From a virus: DNA of 64,000 bases. The position numbers and the translations under genes were made by a program. The number at the start of each line of letters is the position of its first letter. Position 1 is the first letter of the stretch. The DNA is taken from positions 26,678-90,677 of IMG/VR virus record IMGVR_UViG_3300023179_008562. The stretch is one strand, 5' to 3'. The notes under the pieces are model-generated. The model searched no databases, was not told the DNA's origin, and worked only from the letters and a program-made list of their open reading frames with translations. This document shows positions 41,601 through 49,733 of the stretch, piece after piece.

Positions 41601-42103
41601 CTAAACTGGAGGTGGTCGAGAATTTTGACTGGAGTTGGCAACCCGACCGGTTACAAGAAGCCAAACACTATATCTTCCACAGCCGGAATCCAGTCAACGG
41701 TCTGGAATACGGTCATATGGGCATCATTGCCTACAATCGACAACTGGTGTTGGAGACAGATGCTCCTGGCCTGGACTTTACCCTGAGTAAACCTCACGCC
41801 GTGGTGCCGGTGTTGAGTGCGGTGGCACATTACAACACCACTCCCGAACTGACCTGGCGCACTGCATTCAGAGAAGTTGTTAAACTCAGGGATCATGTGG
41901 AAAAAACCGACAGCATCGAAAGTCGCTATAGACTGAACCTCTGGTTGTCTGAGGCCCAGGGCCAGCACGCCGAATGGAGCGTGCAGGGCGCAGCAGATGC
42001 TGTCAAGTACTATGACACAGTGGCCGGCGACTACCAGCAGCTACTCAAGACTTTTGAGTGGGCCTGGCTCAGGAATTTCTGGCTGAGTCAACACTCAGTC
42101 TGA
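38675..42103 (+). CDS. 1142-aa multi-repeat protein with GT-A-like domains
   Basis: Seven ~65-aa repeats, plus domains homologous to 24013-24909 (NPVNGLEYG, TWRTAFREVVK). Confidence 0.7.
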   Translation: MFDVFYQGPKPGLFPFEQPARDLDAAARLSRTKFFWFIDGNNDYSKFDFDQRPVPWQSEFVHVWPSQWQTCGGTYLANKHTVKNRHWHFRDNAVVPRQESLENWHVPENIISNTVDYTWHPNPLDPPYIYCFPSQHQSASGVIYTVPGATEIKLSDSFVVKSLPRTDNWHIFDNIDRDSFDFTWHPNPLDPPYTYRFGNQWNPPEYKSSLEYVVPGATETKYMTEIRARKLPTPDEFTINIPVSDFDFSWEPNPFDPPYIYVFGNQWNPGVLEPTVVYTVPGATEVKYVDDMVATVAPDAAKFLILDNIEYFDYSWRPNPKDPAYIYVFGNQWMSPELRPALQYQVSGATEIKYMMEPRARRVGEPEKFITHYACDFDYSWEPDPGSPPYNYIFGNQHWPAEVMPTVEYSMIGATDTKYMEMPQAKLLATDTHWQAQTDLPFEFDRSWCPDPGDPPYIYVFGNQWYPATEMPTMEYQVPGAQERKFMDHPLARMLPVMDRWHVPEEVDQTQIDFAWVPHPKDLPYVYHFGTEFQQSVGLTYTVPGATDLKFQGEIPLIQTVAQDQKTSLQVLDIFFIDKNNASAKTRYARLQERYPDIHRVRYANSIMDTIRRCLTRSKTGKFWVISSENVYDDFDFTWHAQPWQSYMTHVFGSQWQKWSDTFLINRYEFERHTQWAGSIEQFPNLNFVKDQPVMIPDDLHDIYWVSHGNATDQYQQLSQKYPDIRSTRFVDSYLETLRRIMATVTTEYVWVISSLCDYTRFDFSWQPEPWQREMMHVFPSGKQIRGDTFYIHVPSFQKQMQQLVLLDWFDTVNYCSEQTVPRLPIPVVRYTTDSAVDVLKNHNFENPYTWFVPNHEFVQDHALVYEPAIWYAKDKKIHTFSRGNSVILAPRDVKIHINTQAYDYPYIDKQRTIKEPDLDIIYISNGEPDAERWYEHLCNIAGRPIKRVQNIDGRANAYRAAAELSDTAWFFTVFAKLEVVENFDWSWQPDRLQEAKHYIFHSRNPVNGLEYGHMGIIAYNRQLVLETDAPGLDFTLSKPHAVVPVLSAVAHYNTTPELTWRTAFREVVKLRDHVEKTDSIESRYRLNLWLSEAQGQHAEWSVQGAADAVKYYDTVAGDYQQLLKTFEWAWLRNFWLSQHSV
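38981..40330 (+). repeat. Seven tandem ~65-aa repeats, consensus FD(Y/F)SWxPxPxDPPYIYVFGNQW...YxVPGATExKY
   Basis: Seen directly in the translation. Confidence 0.9.
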
Positions 42104-43193
42104 CCTGATCCACCACTGTCTCCACTTCCACATCAGTGAGCTCAGGGTAGATGGGCAGGCTCAGACAGGTGCGTCCAAATTCTTCAGCACCTTCTGTAGC
42201 CAACAGTCCCCGATCATAGGCAAAGCCGATGCTGTTGAGATTGAGTGGTCGACTGTAGTGAACCCTGGTCTCAATGCCGGCATTTTCCAGAGACTTTCTG
42301 ATTCTGGTACGATGTGCGGAATGTATGACAAATTTGTGCCAGGCTGGCTCAACTCTGGCATCTATGGGCGGCACAGTCACATATCCTGTGAGTTGATCTG
42401 AATAATATTCAGCAATTTCACGACGTCGGGCCTGCCAGCCATCAAAATATTGCAATTTAACCAGCAGCTGAGCTGCGTCGGCCTCGCTGATTTTGCTGTT
42501 GGTACCTGACACAGTGTGATCATGATATTTGCCATTGTCTCGGAGACTGAGACAGTTCTCAAATATATCAACATCATCAGTCAGTACCATGCCACCACTG
42601 CCATAAGCTGGTAAATTTTTTGTGGGATCAAAACTCAGACAACTGACATCGCCCAGTTTACCACTGGGTATTCCCGAATAACTGGCACCAAAACTCTGTG
42701 CAGCATCTTCAATTATATGAACACCGTTGTCAGCAAAAATCTCCTGATAGGTCCGGAGTTTATCGTAGTCCACGATGTTGCCAAACAAGTTCACATACAT
42801 GATGGCATTGATTTCATTATAGTTGACCATGATTCGACTGAGGTCAATCAACCCAGTTATGGGGTTGACATCACAAAATACTGGCTCTAGTCCTGCTTCC
42901 ATGACTGAATTCAATGTGGCTACAAAACTTTGGGTGGGGATCAGTACACGGTCAGATCTGATTTGATCCACCGATCTCAGAGCAAATATCAGTGCCTGAG
43001 TGCAACTATTGACAGCCACTGCAAACCGTCGCTGGGTTCTGATGGCCATGGCTTGTTCAAATTTTCGTGTGTATTCGCCATCCAGAACTTGTCCGGTTCG
43101 ATAGACTTCATCGGTGACGGCCAATATTTCGTCACGCAGTAGTGCGTATTGTCTGTCAAGACCAAAGAAGGGGATTTTCTTTGTACCACTCAT
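42069..43193 (-). CDS. DegT/DnrJ/EryC1/StrS sugar aminotransferase
   Basis: IPFFGL, VNSCTQAL, IIEDAAQSFG, SFDPTKNL (PLP Lys) and LSLPIYP; start at MSGTKK. Confidence 0.92.
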   Translation of the reverse strand: MSGTKKIPFFGLDRQYALLRDEILAVTDEVYRTGQVLDGEYTRKFEQAMAIRTQRRFAVAVNSCTQALIFALRSVDQIRSDRVLIPTQSFVATLNSVMEAGLEPVFCDVNPITGLIDLSRIMVNYNEINAIMYVNLFGNIVDYDKLRTYQEIFADNGVHIIEDAAQSFGASYSGIPSGKLGDVSCLSFDPTKNLPAYGSGGMVLTDDVDIFENCLSLRDNGKYHDHTVSGTNSKISEADAAQLLVKLQYFDGWQARRREIAEYYSDQLTGYVTVPPIDARVEPAWHKFVIHSAHRTRIRKSLENAGIETRVHYSRPLNLNSIGFAYDRGLLATEGAEEFGRTCLSLPIYPELTDVEVETVVDQVRLSVDSARNS

Positions 43194-44118
43194 AATATCT
43201 GGTAAAACCTTCTGTAATATCAACTTTGGGATCGTACCCCAGATCGGTTCGGGCCTGGGTGATATCCAGATGTCCTCGGCGTGGGAACCTGGCATCACGA
43301 TCTGCCACTACAATTTCACCCTGTCCTGCGATGTCTACAATCAATTTTGCTGCATCAAGCAATGTGGATTCCTGATCAGCCGATCTGGTGATGTTATAGA
43401 TTTTACCAGAACTCTGATCGCTGACAGCCGCCAGTGCTATGCCCTGTGCGGTGTCAGATACATGAGTGAAATCCAGGACCTCACTGGCTCCGTGAACGGT
43501 GATGGGCTCGCCACGCAGCGCACGAGTTATAAACTTACTTATGACTCGATCTTCCACGTCCCATTCTCCGTAAACTGCACTGGGTCTGACGATGGTGGAG
43601 TCGAAAAAACCCAGGCGATGGTAATCCTGTACCAGCCACTCGCCTGCAAGTTTCAATATACCGTAACTGCCCTGTGGTTGACAGGGCGCCAGTTCATGGG
43701 TTCCTGAAGCGAAGTCACCGTAGACCATGGAACTACTGATATACACAAACTTTTTTACGTTGTGGTGTCGGGCACTTTCCAACAGATTGGTCAGCCCAGC
43801 GATCATGACCTCACTGGCTATTCGGGGATTCTTTTCTGCAGCTTTCTGTCTGGGAAAACTGGCCAGGTGTATGACAACGTCTGGTTTAAAATCCGCCATC
43901 AGCTTCTCAATGGCCGCACAGTCTCGAATATCTATATTACAGTGTCTAGCGGCGACCTGGCTCAGTCGATGTTTAGACAGGTATGTCAATTCTCGGGCAT
44001 CTAAAATGCCATAGTCAGTCAGATTATCAACGATCACGCATTGGTGTTGTTGAGATTCCAGTATCCGGACAACATTGTGACCAATGAAACCGGCTCCACC
44101 GGTCACCAGAAACTTCAT
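43156..44118 (-). CDS. NAD-dependent NDP-sugar epimerase/dehydratase
   Basis: TGGAGFIG, SSSMVYG, YGILK and DFTHVSD. Confidence 0.92.
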   Translation of the reverse strand: MKFLVTGGAGFIGHNVVRILESQQHQCVIVDNLTDYGILDARELTYLSKHRLSQVAARHCNIDIRDCAAIEKLMADFKPDVVIHLASFPRQKAAEKNPRIASEVMIAGLTNLLESARHHNVKKFVYISSSMVYGDFASGTHELAPCQPQGSYGILKLAGEWLVQDYHRLGFFDSTIVRPSAVYGEWDVEDRVISKFITRALRGEPITVHGASEVLDFTHVSDTAQGIALAAVSDQSSGKIYNITRSADQESTLLDAAKLIVDIAGQGEIVVADRDARFPRRGHLDITQARTDLGYDPKVDITEGFTRYYEWYKENPLLWS

Positions 44119-44270
44119 CGACCTCGACCCGCAGATTTCTTTGCTGGTTTGTTGATGCTGACCTGACTCTTGACGCCAGATTCCTTGGCATCAGATTTGC
44201 TGTGTTTGCTGCCAGTTGGATTTTGTGAATTCTTTTTGGCCAATGCTGCTTTTAGAAAATCTGTTTTCAT
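44115..44270 (-). CDS. 51-aa basic protein (absent from the ORF track)
   Basis: MKTDFLKAALAKK...KKSAGRGR; fills the gap, ATGA overlap with the epimerase gene. Confidence 0.65.
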   Translation of the reverse strand: MKTDFLKAALAKKNSQNPTGSKHSKSDAKESGVKSQVSINKPAKKSAGRGR

Positions 44271-44273
44271 AGT

Positions 44274-44933
44274 TCAATTCCACAATGCTCGGAAATATTT
44301 ACCGAATAAACGCAGACCCAGATCAATTTGATCACTGTGAGCCCGAAAGCCTTCTGCATCAAATCGGGCAGTGTGATTGGGGCCATGTTTCATCTCGCTG
44401 AGTCCTTCCATTTTATTGGTAATGGGATTAAATGAAGTTTCTCCAGTCTTTTCAAAATAGAAATCGTGTTCACCAGAATGAAACTGTTCTTCCCAATCTG
44501 AGTTGAGTTGTTCAAAACTCCAGATCATCTGATCCAGGACCCAGGTCCAGCGATCATGCCACAGTTCGTCAGTGTCCCATTCGTCGGCTTTGGGAGGTGA
44601 CGCAGTTGAACGCAGATGCTCTGGTACGTCTTCATCTGCCACATGTGGTGATCCCTGCTTGGTTGATTGCAGTTGTCGGAGCATGGGCAGAATAATGGGA
44701 GTCAGTGCGCTGTCCATGTTCCAGGTGTCCCAGCGATCAATCTTTACATAGCGAATCTCAGGGTGCACCCAGTCCAGAATCTTTTGTAGAACTTCACACA
44801 CAGGCTCCAGAATACGATTCGCAGTTTTTACCCAGGGCTCGTCATAATCGATTTCACGCCACCAGCAGACACGTTCACAGATGGTGTAGGGGCTAATCCA
44901 GTGATTGCGATATTTGCTCAAGTAAACTTTCAT
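44274..44933 (-). CDS. Hypothetical protein
   Basis: 219-aa Trp-rich ORF coupled to its neighbours. Confidence 0.65.
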   Translation of the reverse strand: MKVYLSKYRNHWISPYTICERVCWWREIDYDEPWVKTANRILEPVCEVLQKILDWVHPEIRYVKIDRWDTWNMDSALTPIILPMLRQLQSTKQGSPHVADEDVPEHLRSTASPPKADEWDTDELWHDRWTWVLDQMIWSFEQLNSDWEEQFHSGEHDFYFEKTGETSFNPITNKMEGLSEMKHGPNHTARFDAEGFRAHSDQIDLGLRLFGKYFRALWN

Positions 44934-45091
44934 TCTTCTGCCTTTTTAGTCAGCGACCAGGTGCCATTTTTATTGTCAGTCCAGATAAGAACATCATCCA
45001 TGTTCCAACCCAGTTCTGTCATAATTTCTTCTGGCAATGGCAACACCAGATCATCGCCGTCTTCAATGAGTTCCACGGTATACTTTTTCAT
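44930..45091 (-). CDS. AbrB/MazE-like small protein (absent from the ORF track)
   Basis: MKKYTVELIEDGDDLVLPLPEEIMTELGWNMDDVLIW..., a swapped-hairpin pattern. Confidence 0.6.
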   Translation of the reverse strand: MKKYTVELIEDGDDLVLPLPEEIMTELGWNMDDVLIWTDNKNGTWSLTKKAEE

Positions 45092-45102
45092 AATAGTATA
45101 TA

Positions 45103-45405
45103 TTACAGAAATCTCAGAGCATAGTCAATGTATTGTCTTTCTGTCAGATCACCGTAAAAAACCACCTGCTTGTGCCAGGCCAGCACATTGCTGTCTTCAG
45201 CCCACTGCAAGGCCACAGCATTGTCTTCCACCCAGGCATATTCCCTGGTGTCTTTAAAATGTCCGGCCGCTTCCCAGAATAATTGATGGGTGTTCATCTT
45301 CAGGGTTTCTTCAAAATGCAGCTTGGCAGTGTAGAATATCACACGACGTCTGTGATGGGTTTCGTCAGACTGCCATTGCTGCGACAATTGGTCCATGGTG
45401 TTCAT
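45103..45405 (-). CDS. Hypothetical protein
   Basis: Fills the gap downstream of thyA. Confidence 0.5.
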   Translation of the reverse strand: MNTMDQLSQQWQSDETHHRRRVIFYTAKLHFEETLKMNTHQLFWEAAGHFKDTREYAWVEDNAVALQWAEDSNVLAWHKQVVFYGDLTERQYIDYALRFL

Positions 45406-46195
45406 AGTTCTCCAGACTGATGTCTTCTAGTGTAAATTGGAATATGTCATTGACGCTGGGGTTCAGATACAATTTGGGTAGAGGTAGGGGAGATCTGGAC
45501 AGTTGCTCCTGGACCTGATTCAGGTGGTTGGTATAAATGTGCGCATCGCCTATGCAGTGTATGAACTCTCCCACGCCCAGATCACACACCTGTGCAATCA
45601 TATGAGTCAACAGACTATAACTAGCAATATTAAATGGAGCGCCCAAGAACATGTCAGAACTGCGCTGATATAATTGACAACTGAGTCGCCAGTCTCGAGT
45701 GACATAGAATTGGGCCATGACATGGCAGGGAGGCAAGGCCATGACATCAATCTCGGGGGGATTCCAGGCGGTTAATATGTGCCTACGGCTCAGAGGATCC
45801 TGTTTGATGTTCCGAATCAATTCTGCAATTTGATCCACGCCACCAAAATCTCTCCACTGCACACCGTAGATGCGTCCCACATCGCCTGTGAATTTGGCTC
45901 GAGGTTGCCAATAAGGTGCCAGGGAGTTGGGAGTCCAGATGGTGGCGACACCTTCTCTGGTGCCGTGCGTGATTTCTGCTAGTCGACGTTCATCATTGCT
46001 GCCTTCCAGAAACCACAGCAACTCAGCCGCGCAGCTTCGGAAAGCCAATTTTTTGGTAGTTACTGCTGGAAACCCCTGTCTGAGGTCATAACGCATTTGT
46101 AGACCAAATGTGCCAATGGTGCCAACACCAGTGCGATCATCTCGTGCTTCCCCGTGTGTTAGCACATGTTCGAGTGCGTCCAGATAAGTTTTCAT
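45365..46195 (-). CDS. thyA: Thymidylate synthase
   Basis: DRTGVGT, ELLWF, YGVQWR, MALPPCH, YQRSSDMFLGAPFN and DAHIY. Confidence 0.97.
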   Translation of the reverse strand: MKTYLDALEHVLTHGEARDDRTGVGTIGTFGLQMRYDLRQGFPAVTTKKLAFRSCAAELLWFLEGSNDERRLAEITHGTREGVATIWTPNSLAPYWQPRAKFTGDVGRIYGVQWRDFGGVDQIAELIRNIKQDPLSRRHILTAWNPPEIDVMALPPCHVMAQFYVTRDWRLSCQLYQRSSDMFLGAPFNIASYSLLTHMIAQVCDLGVGEFIHCIGDAHIYTNHLNQVQEQLSRSPLPLPKLYLNPSVNDIFQFTLEDISLENYEHHGPIVAAMAV

Positions 46196-46215
46196 TTAAT
46201 AATTATACAGGATTT

Positions 46216-46731
46216 TCAGTCTGATGCCTGGGAGTTGGGCTTAATTCTTTCCCAGACTTCGTAGGTGCAATCAGTGGTGGGTCGGACTGATCTGCATTGG
46301 AATTCAGACATCCATTGGGATAAATTAAGTCTAACGTCGGTGCGATAATTACTTTTGATTCTGGTAAAATAGATTCGTTCAATGATGGGCTCACATGACT
46401 CAAATAATTGTTGGCCACCAATTATGAACACTGTTTTGTCAGGATGCTCCTGACTTATTTTCAGAATATTTTCCACAGGATTCCCTGGAATCCATTTGAT
46501 TAACCCACGATATTTGGTCTCTGGCAGAACAGAACTGACCAAATAATTGAATCTGTTGGGCAAGGGTTTGGGCATGGCAGGGTCTTCCCAGGTATTGCGG
46601 CCCATGATGACAATCTGATGTTCAGTGTGGTGTTTGAACCATTTCAGATCTTCAGAGTTTTTGGGCCAGGGCAAGGTACCATTAAATCCAATGCCACCTG
46701 TGGGTGTGGCTGCTAAAATTGCTGCAATCAT
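46216..46731 (-). CDS. folA: Dihydrofolate reductase
   Basis: GIG...LPW...DLKWFK, IMGRNTW, PLPNR and IIGG; adjacent to thyA. Confidence 0.93.
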   Translation of the reverse strand: MIAAILAATPTGGIGFNGTLPWPKNSEDLKWFKHHTEHQIVIMGRNTWEDPAMPKPLPNRFNYLVSSVLPETKYRGLIKWIPGNPVENILKISQEHPDKTVFIIGGQQLFESCEPIIERIYFTRIKSNYRTDVRLNLSQWMSEFQCRSVRPTTDCTYEVWERIKPNSQASD

Positions 46732-47069
46732 AGATTCTTTAATACTCGGTCAGTCTCGGGTTGAACCGTGTCCACCACAGCATCGATATCCACGAAAAAA
46801 TCAACATTCTGAATGTATTCGTCCAGTTGAGTAAATTTTTCATCCAGCAAATTTTGGATATCGTGAGGATCGTAACCTTCCAGGATGAGTTCTTTGACAT
46901 TGATGGTAACTTCAGTCCCGTCAACTAATTCAACTGAAATCTGTTGAAGTATGCTGACGGGAATTTCATTCTTTTCAACGCTATTAACAATTTCTTGCCA
47001 ACTCTTTCTTTTGTTTAAGACGAGTTTTTTTGCCTTTTTACGCCGTGGTTTTTTTGGTTGCTCTGACAT
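46728..47069 (-). CDS. Hypothetical protein
   Basis: 113-aa ORF, coupled to the DHFR gene. Confidence 0.6.
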   Translation of the reverse strand: MSEQPKKPRRKKAKKLVLNKRKSWQEIVNSVEKNEIPVSILQQISVELVDGTEVTINVKELILEGYDPHDIQNLLDEKFTQLDEYIQNVDFFVDIDAVVDTVQPETDRVLKNL

Positions 47070-47754
47070 TGGACACTTTCTTTGTGGCTGCTGCTGGTGC
47101 CTTCTTAGTCACAGTTTTCTTAACTGCGGGTTCTGGTTTGGCTGGCATGAATTGCTGGGCTTCTGCCTTGAGACGGCGTGCTTCTGCCATGAGGGTTTTG
47201 GCCTGTGTTTCCAACTGTCGGGCCTGATCCAGGTTGATTTTAGCCAAATCAGCGTCTGTCAAGACCCCAGCTGGGGATGTTGCAGCAGACTTATCAGCGA
47301 TTACAGGATCACCCACATCTCTGCTGGTGGTATTGGCGGAGTTCTTGGTGGGATCAGCAAAACCGCGACCAGCGTCAATGTCAGCCATGCGTTTGACGGC
47401 CTCTTGACCCTGTGCCATCTCGGCTAGAATCTTATTTAACTCATCCAGTCTCACAGTGGTCTTGGCATTGGGAGTCAGGATGATCTGCTTGGTCTGTACC
47501 TTCTTCAGATACCCACCAGTGTGCAAGCTGGTCAGGGTGTTGGTGCCGTCTGGCATGATGTTTCTGTGCAGAGCTTCAGCCAGGTCCTTGGCAGTCTGAC
47601 CAGCAGGGCTTTCCAAAACCTTCATGACTTCGTCGTGCATCATGGATGGTAGACTGTCGCTATAAGCAACCAATGCCATGTGATCTTCACTTGGCACTGT
47701 GTTGAAGACCACTACGATCTTTCTTTCACCGTGCCTTCCAATATGTTTGATCAT
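47038..47754 (-). CDS. Hypothetical protein with K/A/T-rich tail
   Basis: 238-aa ORF with a coiled-coil segment and a histone H1-like basic C-terminus. Confidence 0.65.
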   Translation of the reverse strand: MIKHIGRHGERKIVVVFNTVPSEDHMALVAYSDSLPSMMHDEVMKVLESPAGQTAKDLAEALHRNIMPDGTNTLTSLHTGGYLKKVQTKQIILTPNAKTTVRLDELNKILAEMAQGQEAVKRMADIDAGRGFADPTKNSANTTSRDVGDPVIADKSAATSPAGVLTDADLAKINLDQARQLETQAKTLMAEARRLKAEAQQFMPAKPEPAVKKTVTKKAPAAATKKVSNVRATKKTTA

Positions 47755-47755
47755 T

Positions 47756-48070
47756 TTAGTTCTCGGTTTCGGTGGGTGCTGTTTCAGCTACTGGTTCTTC
47801 TGCAGCAACTTCTTCGTTGGTGGATTCTGGTGCAGCTTCTGTTCTGGTTACAGCGCCAGCGCCTTCCAGGAATTTGACCAGCTTGTTGTATAGTTCACCA
47901 ATGGTGGCCATTTCTTCAGCCTTGAATGCACCGCGTTGGGTGGTCACTTGAATGATATTGCCCATCAGGATCAGGTCATTCAGAGTCAATGCCTGATTCA
48001 GATTTTGTGGTGGGGTGTCGGTTGTTTGAACTTCTGGGCTGTTGCCAACTTCATTAGATTCGATAGTCAT
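47756..48070 (-). CDS. Hypothetical acidic protein
   Basis: AAGGAG SD before MTIESNE. Confidence 0.65.
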   Translation of the reverse strand: MTIESNEVGNSPEVQTTDTPPQNLNQALTLNDLILMGNIIQVTTQRGAFKAEEMATIGELYNKLVKFLEGAGAVTRTEAAPESTNEEVAAEEPVAETAPTETEN

Positions 48071-48138
48071 CGTAAGTCTCCTTGATAAATTGTGACGTAT
48101 AAATTTATTTAACAACTATTATAATGGTTGAAAAATTT

Positions 48139-48876
48139 TTAATTAAATGTCAGTTTAAAGTTTTTAGACAGTAACCCATGTGAAATTTCTTCAAATTTGA
48201 AATTCAATGTCTGAGAATTTTCAGAAACCCATGACTGCCAGGCCAGGGGTATTTCTTTCTCATCAATGCCCCAGTCATCAAATAAAAAATATACAGGGTC
48301 AGAACGATTCTGCAGATGGGGTTTGACTAGATTCAACGCCTGCGTGGTGCTGGATCCCAGATCTGCGTCAAAATGCACCAGTGATATTGAATTGGTGCTG
48401 TTGTTTAAATTTTCTGAAACTGATGCATCATTGAACCAGCCTGATATAATTTTCCAGGACAGAGCAGTATTTACTGGCATGAAATTCTGCATGTTCTTAC
48501 AACACTCATCATATGAGGTATTATTAAACATTCCCTGGACCCATTCGCCCGATGATTCAGGGAGTCCCTGGAAACTATCGATGCCTATAAAACATCTGTT
48601 CTGTCTGCTGCGTTCAAAACACTGTGCTAACATCAGCAAGCCCAGGCCTTTAAATGTACCGAATTCAACGATGTCTCCGGAATAATTGTTTTCGATAATT
48701 TCATTAGCAATACCTTGCATACAAATATACCTGCTGTATTGATGTTCTAATTCAGCATCGTCAACGATTTGTGCCAATATGGTGCCATTGATCAGTCTGA
48801 GTTGGTCCAGGGATTGTTTTGTGACTGGCTGATGCATTTTCCATGTTGGGTATTGCTCTTCAATCTTAGAAATCAT
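48139..48876 (-). CDS. TylF/MycF-like O-methyltransferase
   Basis: GDIVEFGTFKG, IDSFQGLP, GWF, LVHFDAD and FDDW. Confidence 0.75.
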   Translation of the reverse strand: MISKIEEQYPTWKMHQPVTKQSLDQLRLINGTILAQIVDDAELEHQYSRYICMQGIANEIIENNYSGDIVEFGTFKGLGLLMLAQCFERSRQNRCFIGIDSFQGLPESSGEWVQGMFNNTSYDECCKNMQNFMPVNTALSWKIISGWFNDASVSENLNNSTNSISLVHFDADLGSSTTQALNLVKPHLQNRSDPVYFLFDDWGIDEKEIPLAWQSWVSENSQTLNFKFEEISHGLLSKNFKLTFN

Positions 48877-49169
48877 AGGGCGTTTTTTAATAGATTGGGT
48901 AAAAACAGACCGAAATAACTGGCCTCGTTGGGAATTTCAAATGCAATCTGAGTTTTTCGGACAGCAAATTTTTTTGCATTTTCTCCAGTGGCATCTACAT
49001 CAATGGGGCCCAGATAGAATCTGCCAGATAAATTTTCGTATAACCAGTCACTCAGGGTTTTTTGTGGAATGATGTTGTCAATGATCACGCTGGTAAAATG
49101 CGGCGGGCACCAATCCAACTGTCTGAGATTGTGCACATTTAAGGGATTGGGTTGGCCGTTTTTTAGCAT
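48873..49169 (-). CDS. Hypothetical protein
   Basis: Start at MLKNGQPNPLN, just after a TAAATA motif. Confidence 0.6.
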   Translation of the reverse strand: MLKNGQPNPLNVHNLRQLDWCPPHFTSVIIDNIIPQKTLSDWLYENLSGRFYLGPIDVDATGENAKKFAVRKTQIAFEIPNEASYFGLFLPNLLKNAL

Positions 49170-49180
49170 TTGTGTGTTAT

Positions 49181-49303
49181 TTACTCTTGGCACTGACAGT
49201 CAACCAGATATCTGATCAGAGACCAGATCGCATTACAAGATAGCAGTAAAATTGCGGCAGCAACCAATAATTTACCCAGTCGTTCTTCGTGAAAAAAATT
49301 CAT
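49181..49303 (-). CDS. 40-aa membrane peptide (absent from the ORF track)
   Basis: MNFFHEERLGKLLVAAAILLLSCNAIWSLIRYLVDCQCQE; ATGA overlap with the upstream gene. Confidence 0.5.
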   Translation of the reverse strand: MNFFHEERLGKLLVAAAILLLSCNAIWSLIRYLVDCQCQE

Positions 49304-49527
49304 GACCACCTCAATACAAACAAACTCAAAGTTTTTTCGTCAGCAAAGTCCACGGTCATGCCATGAACGTCGCCGCCATGCGCCAGACACCAGTTGGTTA
49401 AATCTTCATAGTTGCCAATCCAGAATTCCAGGTCGGTCAGAACCATGGTAAATTCAGCGTCGCCCAATGCAGGGTCCGCCAACACAAATCTGGAGGTTTT
49501 CCAATCGGCCAGTATATCGGTGTTCAT
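49300..49527 (-). CDS. Hypothetical protein
   Basis: ATGA-coupled; ends FVLRWS. Confidence 0.55.
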   Translation of the reverse strand: MNTDILADWKTSRFVLADPALGDAEFTMVLTDLEFWIGNYEDLTNWCLAHGGDVHGMTVDFADEKTLSLFVLRWS

Positions 49528-49733
49528 GACCATTTCAATGCAAACCAGGTGGCATCCTGCTGTCTGGCAAAATGCACAACTGAATGCAGAACTTCATCTA
49601 CTTCGGTGGTGGGGTCCATCTGGTATTCAATCCGGTGTTCAATACCATTGTTCTTGAGCCAGACATAGGCGTCTACTGATAATGAATATGAAGTGGGTAC
49701 GGAATAGGGATATTTAGTCTGATCAGCCGGCAT
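49524..49733 (-). CDS. Hypothetical protein
   Basis: Ends FALKWS, similar to its neighbour. Confidence 0.5.
   Translation of the reverse strand: MPADQTKYPYSVPTSYSLSVDAYVWLKNNGIEHRIEYQMDPTTEVDEVLHSVVHFARQQDATWFALKWS

Noticed and set aside
45365-46195. thyA as a dCMP hydroxymethylase feeding glycosylated 5hmC DNA
   Set aside because: It keeps the dUMP-specifying Asn (PFN) and sits next to DHFR, as a canonical thymidylate synthase does.
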